DNA of 13,579 nt from contig CAZXZO010000035.1 in the NCBI GenBank assembly GCA_964645485.1, forward strand, positions 1 through 13,579. The letters run 5' to 3'. The DNA is from an uncultured Candidatus Poseidoniales archaeon (GTDB lineage: Archaea > Thermoplasmatota > Poseidoniia > Poseidoniales > Thalassarchaeaceae). Of this stretch, positions 7,360-13,579 are shown piece after piece. The translations under genes were made by a program, and so were the position numbers. The notes beneath the pieces are model-generated. The model saw only the letters and a program-made list of their open reading frames with translations, was not told the DNA's origin and did no database searches. How positions within the stretch are numbered: the stretch's first letter is position 1; each line of letters opens with the position of its first letter.

Positions 7360-7463
7360 TGATGTTCGGGGGGTTATTCAAACCATATAAATGCGTGGTA
7401 TTTACGTCACATATCCCATAAACCATTGGGTTTCAGTTAAATGTGACTAACACTTCGCATAAT
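7302..7463. promoter_or_regulatory. Divergent promoter region with an operator-like C(A/G)CAT array
   Basis: Boxes at 7302(+), 7355(+), 7388-7395(-), 7408(+), 7438-7445(-), 7456(+). 42-bp dyad at 7406-7447. TATA-like TTTATAT (minus, 7391-7385) and TTAAAT (plus, 7437-7442, 28 nt before ATG 7465). Confidence 0.55.
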
Positions 7464-7464
7464 T

Positions 7465-7926
7465 ATGGCAAAAGAAGACTGGACAACCGTTTCAATTCCT
7501 CGCGCCCTCATCAACCGAATTCAACACGCCATTGACAACGGGGTGCTTGACCACAGCAACCCATCTCAATTCATCGCTTATGCATCTCGTAAAACACTTG
7601 ACCAAGCAATAGATAGAGATTACAGACAACAATTACAGAATCAACAAACTTCTCAAGTGGAAATGGCTCAATTACTTAGTAAGGTGAAGGGGCAATTTAT
7701 TGAAAAATCAAGCGATGAAGATCTGAGTAAAGAAGCGGTAGAACTCTTGCTAAAGGGGGCTACTGATAACTCTAAGATGCAAATGGCAGAAGGATCTGTC
7801 ACACTAGAACAGGTCTTAGCATTAGTAGAAGAGTTAGCAGCAAATGAGATATTTGATTCAGATGAAATTGTTGCATTTCGCTCCGCTATCAAAGCAATGT
7901 ACACAAAATCTGAGGAAAATGCATGA
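7465..7926 (+). CDS. Ribbon-helix-helix (CopG/Arc/MetJ-like) DNA-binding protein with a ~100-aa acidic helical C-terminal extension
   Basis: WTTVSIPRALINRIQHAI...HSNPSQFIAYASRKTL fits the RHH strand-helix-helix pattern (TVSIP..L...I.......S.SEFIR.A). Stop overlaps the Nudix start (ATGA at 7923-7926). Confidence 0.72.
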   Translation: MAKEDWTTVSIPRALINRIQHAIDNGVLDHSNPSQFIAYASRKTLDQAIDRDYRQQLQNQQTSQVEMAQLLSKVKGQFIEKSSDEDLSKEAVELLLKGATDNSKMQMAEGSVTLEQVLALVEELAANEIFDSDEIVAFRSAIKAMYTKSEENA

Positions 7927-8393
7927 ATCAGGGACCATGCCCAACTTGTGGAACCTACCACAACCCTGCCCTGACCGTTGATGCGGTCGCAGTTCGAGGT
8001 TCTGGTGAAGGGAGGGAGGTTCTCTTGATTCGTAGAGGTCAAGAACCGTGGAAAGGCTGTTGGGCTTTTCCTGGTGGATTTGTTGATGTCGGTGAAAGAC
8101 CTGAAGATGCAGCGGCACGCGAATTGTTCGAAGAATGCAATATTGTTGGCACTGTCAGCAAGAGTGACCCAATCATTGCTGTGCGTGGTGACCCAAAACG
8201 TGACCCGCGTGGACATGTTGTTACTATTTTCTACCGGATAGAACTTGATGAGGAATCCAAGGGAACTGGTCTGGGGACAAACAACGAACCGGTAGCAGGT
8301 GATGATGCCGCTCATGCTGAATGGGTCAAACTTTCAGAAGTTGACCTTGAAAATATGGGTGCCGACCATGCTGAAATAATTCAGTTACTCTGA
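7923..8393 (+). CDS. Nudix hydrolase (ADP-ribose pyrophosphatase-like)
   Basis: Nudix box GGFVDVGERPEDAAARELFEECNI, preceded by VLLIRRGQEPWKGCWAFP. Also RDPRGHVVTIFY and AGDDA, plus an N-terminal CPTCG. Confidence 0.95.
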   Translation: MNQGPCPTCGTYHNPALTVDAVAVRGSGEGREVLLIRRGQEPWKGCWAFPGGFVDVGERPEDAAARELFEECNIVGTVSKSDPIIAVRGDPKRDPRGHVVTIFYRIELDEESKGTGLGTNNEPVAGDDAAHAEWVKLSEVDLENMGADHAEIIQLL

Positions 8394-8447
8394 CTAATGA
8401 ATAATACAGGGAAAAATCCTATATTCAAAAGTGGGTTAGCATTGGAT

Positions 8448-9011
8448 ATGAGCGCACTTTTTACGATGGATAGGTATTACATACAAACCAAATTTTTGAG
8501 AATATTTGGTGGTGCATTTTGGTTCAAAGACGCTAATGACCAAGTCATTGCTTACTCAAAACAAAAGCGATTCAAATTAAAAGAAGATATTGTTCTTTAT
8601 ACTGATGAAACATGTACTCAACCCTTACTTGCAATCAAAGCTAGAAGTGTCATCGATTTTGGTGCTACATACGATATTGTAGATGCAACTACTGGTGAAA
8701 ACCTTGGTGCTGCTCGCCGAAAAGGACTCAAGTCAATTTTCAAAGATACTTGGAAAATTCTCGACGCTAATGGAAACGAATATGCTGAACTTGTAGAAGA
8801 TAGCGTTGCAATTTTAAGGAGATTCGTCCCTTTTATTCCAGCAAAATATCACTTCAGTGTTCAAGGTCAGCATGACATTATGATGTATCAAAGATTCAAT
8901 CCAATTATCAAAAAGACTGACATTTTGATTCCGGAAGGACACCCACTAGATAGGAGAGTTATTGCAGCAGTCGCCTTACTAAATTCAGTGATAGAAGGCA
9001 GACAAGGTTGA
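8448..9011 (+). CDS. LURP-one-related / scramblase (tubby C-terminal-like) protein
   Basis: YYIQTKFLRIFGGAFWFKD, KQKRFKLKEDI, IKARSVIDFGATYDIVD, LGAARRKGLKSIFKDTWKI. Start 8448 preferred over 8397 because GAAAAATCC-TATATT (BRE/TATA-like, 8411-8425) places TATATT 28 nt upstream. Confidence 0.7.
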   Translation: MSALFTMDRYYIQTKFLRIFGGAFWFKDANDQVIAYSKQKRFKLKEDIVLYTDETCTQPLLAIKARSVIDFGATYDIVDATTGENLGAARRKGLKSIFKDTWKILDANGNEYAELVEDSVAILRRFVPFIPAKYHFSVQGQHDIMMYQRFNPIIKKTDILIPEGHPLDRRVIAAVALLNSVIEGRQG

Positions 9012-9013
9012 AT

Positions 9014-9092
9014 TTGATATCCTAGGATAATCAACAATTAATTAGAGATAAAACAGATATGAGTAAAAATTTGCTTTTTACTAAGGTATAAT
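9014..9092. promoter_or_regulatory. Two palindromes and a TATA-like box upstream of the Tudor/EF-hand gene
   Basis: TTGA-TATCCTAGGATA-a-TCAA at 9014-9034; AGTAAAAA-N5-TTTTTACT at 9062-9082; TATAAT at 9087-9092. Confidence 0.45.
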
Positions 9093-9119
9093 TGAAAAGA
9101 TACACCTCTTCATGGAGTT

Positions 9120-10421
9120 ATGGTTGACCCTACCTACAGCCCCGACGGAAAGTTCATGTGGACTGGAAGTGAATGGATACCAGCACCTCCAAAATCAGAA
9201 CCAGAGCCACCATCACCTAGTGAACAGGCCCTGAATATGCAAGATTCTGTCATCGGTGGCGATGTTGTTCACAGCACGGTCATCAATAATGACGCGACTG
9301 CTGTAACTACTGCAGTTATTACCGCTCTTCAACAACTGGGTATGGTTAATCAAGAACCCGCTGCTCCAGTAGCACCACCACCAATTGCAGAAGTTGAGTT
9401 ACCACCATCATTCGAAATCGGTGATCATGTTGAGTACCACAGCCCAACAAATGCTCGTTGGTTGGATCGCTGTACAGTAGTTGGCATCAATGATGACCGC
9501 ACCTATCGTATAGAGGTGCCAAAGTCATCTAGAATTGAAACAAAGCATGCGGTTGTCATTGGTTCTGCTCCAGGCACCATCCGGCCCGCAGCACCTCCAT
9601 ACAATGTTGGAGACCGCGTGTTGGTCAACTGGAAAAATTACGGAACTTACTTCCCCGGGAAAATTAGCGCTGAACATGATGACCACACATTCTTGATTAA
9701 CTTTGATGATGGTGATGTTGAAGACAATGTAGAGTGGAGTCGAATTGAATCTATGCCAGAAGAATCAGCAGAAGTTCAAGACTACCTCGATAATATGGGC
9801 GATAATGAAAGAGAGTTTGTTGAAGCATTCCAAGTTTTTGATGAAGACGGCAGTGGAACTATTTCGGCAATGATGTTTTTTGAAATCCTCACTGCAATGG
9901 GCGACGACCCACTTGAAGTTCAAGAGGCGATGGAGCAATTTGCAGAACTTGGAATAGAGATGGATAGCGAACTGGATTATCGTGAATTGGCCAAATACAT
10001 GGCTAGCACCGATGGTGATAATGAAGGAACACAATACAAAACCGAGGTCGTCATTCGTGATGCTGAAATCGTTGATGGCTGCCTGAGAGGCTATGCTTAT
10101 GCACATCCGAAACTCGGAGAAGGGCCAGTACGAACCTCTCAAATTATGGGTGTTCAATATGATGAACGAGCCACTGCTAGAGTAGAAACGAGAAATACGA
10201 TGTACGTAGTTGGGCCTACTGGATGGGCTAATCCACCTGCCGACCACCCATTCAATTCCGTTTATTCAATAGGTGAGCAAATCAAGGTAGAATGGAACGG
10301 AAGTTGGTGGGATGCTAGTATCATCAATATCTCCGATGATAAATATCAGATTCACTACACAGGATTTGATTCCAGTTGGGATGAGTTTGTCACTACTGAG
10401 CGAATGCGCAAACTTGGTTGA
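9120..10421 (+). CDS. Multidomain protein: three Tudor/Agenet-like SH3-fold domains, an EF-hand pair and a small unknown domain
   Basis: FEIGDHVEY...(98-157); YNVGDRVLVNWKNYGTYFPGKI...FLINFDDGD (161-211); EAFQVFDEDGSGTISA (EF-hand, 231-295); YSIGEQIKVEWNGSWWDASI...YQIHYTGFDSSWDEFV (382-432). Confidence 0.85.
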   Translation: MVDPTYSPDGKFMWTGSEWIPAPPKSEPEPPSPSEQALNMQDSVIGGDVVHSTVINNDATAVTTAVITALQQLGMVNQEPAAPVAPPPIAEVELPPSFEIGDHVEYHSPTNARWLDRCTVVGINDDRTYRIEVPKSSRIETKHAVVIGSAPGTIRPAAPPYNVGDRVLVNWKNYGTYFPGKISAEHDDHTFLINFDDGDVEDNVEWSRIESMPEESAEVQDYLDNMGDNEREFVEAFQVFDEDGSGTISAMMFFEILTAMGDDPLEVQEAMEQFAELGIEMDSELDYRELAKYMASTDGDNEGTQYKTEVVIRDAEIVDGCLRGYAYAHPKLGEGPVRTSQIMGVQYDERATARVETRNTMYVVGPTGWANPPADHPFNSVYSIGEQIKVEWNGSWWDASIINISDDKYQIHYTGFDSSWDEFVTTERMRKLG

Positions 10422-10430
10422 AGTGTCAAA

Positions 10431-11447
10431 TCATCTGAGGATTTGTTGCAACTCATTGTAGCAATCACTCCAACCAACTGCTAAACCATCTCCACGCCGC
10501 CGCATCTGTACTGCTTCGCGCCAGGCTGCGACCTCATTATTGAGTGCAGGTCCTTTCACAGTGGAGTCTATTCTAAACAACAATCCTCCACCCAAATGTT
10601 GGTCTAAAAACCCTCTTTGAGCCTTCGAAACAAGTAATGTTGGAACTCCTAGACTAACTGCTTCATGAGCCAAAGTCACCGATTCTGACAGCACCCCATG
10701 ATAATCTGAAATCGCTTGAGGGAGCCCCCAAGGGTCGTTGATTGATTGGTTTTCCCCAACCGTTGTGACCTCCATTCCTAAGTCGGAAATTAGTGGTTCA
10801 GCACTAACCAACTCATCCTTGTCATGTACCCCTCCACCCTGCAAAGAACGGTGTAAGATTCGTGGAACTGAGCCTTCCTTCAAATCTCTAATTGTACTTG
10901 GTTGAGCAAGATAAACATGAGGGAGTTCTCCAGTCAATCTGTGAACCCTGATGCCATTATTTTTACAATCATCAATAAATCCTCCATCGAGATCTTGCCG
11001 CCAATTTGGTGTAACAATAACTTCGGTTGCTGATGATAATGCAATTCCGTGGGCGAGATGATTTACCTCTGTATCTGTGATGTAAATTCGACGGGGGATT
11101 TTGGCTTTTTTAGCGGCGTTGAGTTCTAACGCCGCTCCCTTAACAACGACTTTTTCTATCGGTTTTCCAGTTATATTTCTACGCTTTAGAATTGATGTGA
11201 CTGAGTGAATTCTTCTCAAAGCACGTATTTCTCGCTGAATTGGTAATATTCGCTTACCGACTGGACGCTTGACTCTGAGGATATGTCGCTTAGGTAGTGG
11301 AGATGAGTTGCTCTCAATCATTGCATCTATTTCAGCCCGCTTAGTTGCTATAATAATGTCCACAGGACTGCCACTTTGAATGAACTTGTGAAACAGTTGC
11401 ATATGGGCTGGATGGTCGAGTACCCAACAGGTCGGACTCTCTACCAT
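10431..11447 (-). CDS. DUF354-like GT-B fold protein (putative glycosyltransferase / UDP-sugar-binding)
   Basis: N-terminal WVLDHPAHMQLF, IYITDTE, and C-terminal SESVTLAHEAVSLGVPTLLVS resemble DUF354-family motifs as I recall them. Confidence 0.7.
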   Translation of the reverse strand: MVESPTCWVLDHPAHMQLFHKFIQSGSPVDIIIATKRAEIDAMIESNSSPLPKRHILRVKRPVGKRILPIQREIRALRRIHSVTSILKRRNITGKPIEKVVVKGAALELNAAKKAKIPRRIYITDTEVNHLAHGIALSSATEVIVTPNWRQDLDGGFIDDCKNNGIRVHRLTGELPHVYLAQPSTIRDLKEGSVPRILHRSLQGGGVHDKDELVSAEPLISDLGMEVTTVGENQSINDPWGLPQAISDYHGVLSESVTLAHEAVSLGVPTLLVSKAQRGFLDQHLGGGLLFRIDSTVKGPALNNEVAAWREAVQMRRRGDGLAVGWSDCYNELQQILR

Positions 11448-11472
11448 GATTCTCGCTCATGCTCTAAGACCA

Positions 11473-11554
11473 TCAATAGAACGGTTATTTGAACCGGAAA
11501 AACATCACACACCCACAATCTGAATGGGCGTAAACCTCGTCAATAGAACGGTTA
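11473..11554 (+). repeat. Exact 15-bp direct repeat TCAATAGAACGGTTA in a divergent intergenic region
   Basis: Copies at 11473-11487 and 11540-11554, 67 nt apart. Confidence 0.9.
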
Positions 11555-11580
11555 ATGGCTCGCCATTACCTCTCGGCATC

Positions 11581-11955
11581 ATGGCAAAGGAACGAATTGA
11601 GGTAGAAGGTGGTAAGACATACGGTCCGTACTCACCGGGAGTGAAGTCTCATGGTGTAATTTGGTTGGCTGGACAGATTGCTCCAGAAGCGGGAGATGAC
11701 ATTGCTTCTCAGACTGCGGCAAGCCTTGAGAAAATTGATGCACTACTTGCTGCTGCTGGCGTTAGTAAAAATGAAGCCTGCTTTGCCCAGGTGTTACTTG
11801 ATGACATTAATGACTTCACAGCAATGAATGAGGTCTACTCGGCTTGGCTTGAGGGTGTTGAAATCCCACCCGCACGGGCTGCATTTGAAGCAGGTGCGCT
11901 ACCACGCGGGGCAAAAGTGGAAATCGTTGTTCAGGCTATTGATGAGAATTGCTGA
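11581..11955 (+). CDS. ridA: RidA/YjgF/YER057c/UK114 family enamine/imine deaminase
   Basis: GPYSPGV, WLAGQI, DFTAMNEVY, PPARAAF (catalytic Arg) and LPRGAKVEI. Start 11581 preferred because TTAAT lies 29 nt upstream. Confidence 0.9.
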   Translation: MAKERIEVEGGKTYGPYSPGVKSHGVIWLAGQIAPEAGDDIASQTAASLEKIDALLAAAGVSKNEACFAQVLLDDINDFTAMNEVYSAWLEGVEIPPARAAFEAGALPRGAKVEIVVQAIDENC

Positions 11956-12005
11956 TAACCTCTGCAACAGAGTCACTTTTAGCAAAAGGGGGCTCGGAAG
12001 GAATC

Positions 12006-13466
12006 ATGGAGAGCGTGGAATGGCCTGTCGGCCTTGACATAGAGAAGGCTTCTGCCGCCTTCAAAGCCTACGATATTCGAGGCATTGCTGGAGACCCACT
12101 AACTCCTGATTTCGCTTATCGTCTTGGCCGTACTCTAGCTACTTTCCTAGATTGTAACTCACTTGCAGTAGCCCGTGATATTCGTGAATCCGGCCCCGAA
12201 CTTCATGCCTCTTTTGTCAATGGACTTAACGATTCAGGAGTCGATGCCCACGACCTTGGCATCATGCCAACTGGTGCTCTTTATCACGCTACAGTTACTC
12301 TTCCAGTTGATGGTGGAGTCGTTATCACAGCAAGCCACAATCCACCCGAATACAATGGTTTCAAAATGTGTCGAGGATCAGCCGCAATGGCTGGCGACGA
12401 GTTGCAAGATTTATTGCAAGTTTTCCTTGCTGGTAACTTCAAAACTGGTTCAGGAAGCCACCTCATCATTGATGATTTTAAGCATCAATATTACGATGAC
12501 ATAATTGCTTCAACCGGCCTACCTAACAGACCAGTCAAAGTTGTGGTAGATTCAGGAAATGCAGTACCAGGACCATTCATGGTGGACATTCTGAAAATGT
12601 TGGGTGCAGATGACACCTGCATTTTATGCGAATGGGATAACTCATTCCCTATCCACCCTCCCGACCCAACACGCCCCTCAAACATGGAGTTACTCGGAAA
12701 AACCGTACGCGAAACAGGTGCCGAATTTGGTATAGGAGTTGATGGTGACGGAGACAGAATGGGAATGGTGGATGAAAAAGGTAATTTCATTCATCCAGAC
12801 AGATTACTTGCTTTGTTCGCTGCTGACATTCTTTCAAGAGTTTCAGATTCTGCTTCCGAAGCAGCCCGCACCGTTTTTTATGATGTAAAATGCTCAATCG
12901 CCTTAGAAGAAACAATCGCTGCCAACGGCGGAATTCCTTCAATGATGAGAACCGGACATTCGTTCCAAAAACTGGCGCTGAAAAACTCGCCGGAGACTCC
13001 ACTCGCTGGCGAAATGAGCGGCCATTTCTTCTTCAATGACAAGTGGCCTGGGTTTGACGATACGCTGTACTGCACCGCTAGAATGCTGGAGTTAGTAGGC
13101 CGTGACCCATCTCCTGAAAACGGTGGTCCTTCCTTTAGTGAGAGGCTCTCCATTATCCCAACTTACCCAAGTACTGGCGAAGCAAAAGTACCCTTAACCG
13201 GTGGTCGAGAAGAAACCATGGAAAATGTGGAGAATGCTTTTTCAGAATATGAAATGGTTACTGTTGATGGAGTTCGAATTCGGCTTGCTGGTGGCGAGGC
13301 AGAGTCCACATGGAAAGGCTGGTTCCTATGCCGACCATCTAACACTGAACCAATTTTAGTGATGCGAGCTGAGGCTACATCCGAGGATGGTTTGGCTGAA
13401 ATTCGTTCCCTCGTACATGATAAAATCGGCCAATTTATTGACCTGAAAAAATTTGATGAATCCTAA
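12006..13466 (+). CDS. Phosphomannomutase/phosphoglucomutase (alpha-D-phosphohexomutase)
   Basis: FKAYDIRG, ITASHNP (phosphoserine), DGDGDR (metal), GEMSGH (sugar), RPSNTEP. Start ATG 12006 has TTTTAG 29 nt upstream. Confidence 0.96.
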   Translation: MESVEWPVGLDIEKASAAFKAYDIRGIAGDPLTPDFAYRLGRTLATFLDCNSLAVARDIRESGPELHASFVNGLNDSGVDAHDLGIMPTGALYHATVTLPVDGGVVITASHNPPEYNGFKMCRGSAAMAGDELQDLLQVFLAGNFKTGSGSHLIIDDFKHQYYDDIIASTGLPNRPVKVVVDSGNAVPGPFMVDILKMLGADDTCILCEWDNSFPIHPPDPTRPSNMELLGKTVRETGAEFGIGVDGDGDRMGMVDEKGNFIHPDRLLALFAADILSRVSDSASEAARTVFYDVKCSIALEETIAANGGIPSMMRTGHSFQKLALKNSPETPLAGEMSGHFFFNDKWPGFDDTLYCTARMLELVGRDPSPENGGPSFSERLSIIPTYPSTGEAKVPLTGGREETMENVENAFSEYEMVTVDGVRIRLAGGEAESTWKGWFLCRPSNTEPILVMRAEATSEDGLAEIRSLVHDKIGQFIDLKKFDES

Positions 13467-13579
13467 GCCCAAGGGTCGTCATCATCAATTGGGTCTTGAG
13501 GCAACTCATCGTCATCTTTTGAGCCTTCGACTACCTCATCAGCATCTGTTGAGCCTTCAACTACCTCATCAACATCAAT
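13463..13579 (-). CDS. C-terminal acidic tail of a gene entering from the right edge (partial)
   Basis: Minus strand reads IDVDEVVEGSTDADEVVEGSKDDDELPQDPIDDDDPWA-TAG. The stop overlaps the PMM stop by 4 nt. Confidence 0.75.
   Translation of the reverse strand: MDVDEVVEGSTDADEVVEGSKDDDELPQDPIDDDDPWA
13505..13579 (-). repeat. Coding 30-bp tandem repeat (about 2.5 copies, DEVVEGS(T/K)D(A/D))
   Basis: gagccttc(g/a)actacctcatca(g/a)catc at 13521 and 13551, with a partial copy from 13505. Confidence 0.85.

Noticed and set aside
5591-7930. Possible integrated element with att sites
   Set aside because: No integrase, transposase, tRNA target or flanking direct/inverted repeats were found by eye, and the RHH gene is coupled to a housekeeping-type Nudix gene. 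Not annotated as a mobile element.
7668-8315. 215-aa minus-strand ORF
   Set aside because: Antisense to the well-supported RHH and Nudix genes (in register with Nudix), with no motif.
9765-10247. 160-aa minus-strand ORF
   Set aside because: Antisense shadow of the Tudor/EF-hand gene.
11949-12005. TTG-initiated N-terminal extension of the phosphohexomutase
   Set aside because: It overlaps the ridA stop and contains the likely TATA box. ATG 12006 fits the family N-terminus better.

Overview
An archaeal chromosomal segment, probably Marine Group II (Ca. Poseidoniales). This is inferred from the Ca-binding Asp/Cys repeat surface protein ending in GLPAGWTQEQWNYYG, an SPDG..W.G..W N-terminal motif, and TATA-like boxes 28-29 nt before start codons. 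Genes in order: 3' part of a C5 DNA methyltransferase, an NDUFA9-like SDR, a 993-aa membrane-anchored TSP3-like repeat protein, uppS, a central unexplained block (5610-7926), a Nudix hydrolase, a LURP-one/scramblase-like protein, a triple-Tudor/EF-hand protein, a DUF354-like GT-B protein, RidA, a phosphomannomutase/phosphoglucomutase, and the 3' end of an acidic protein. The central block is the most interesting part. It holds a very basic HExxH zinc-metalloprotease-like protein whose last 108 residues are about 44% K/R with no D/E, two in-register antiparallel ORFs (one with two CxxC motifs), an intergenic array of six C(A/G)CAT boxes overlapping divergent TATA boxes, and a ribbon-helix-helix regulator translationally coupled to the Nudix gene. 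I propose, as inference only, a nucleic-acid-activated protease/RHH-repressor switch, possibly of mobile-element origin. No tRNA, rRNA, CRISPR array, integrase or transposase was seen. All calls are by eye, with no database searches.
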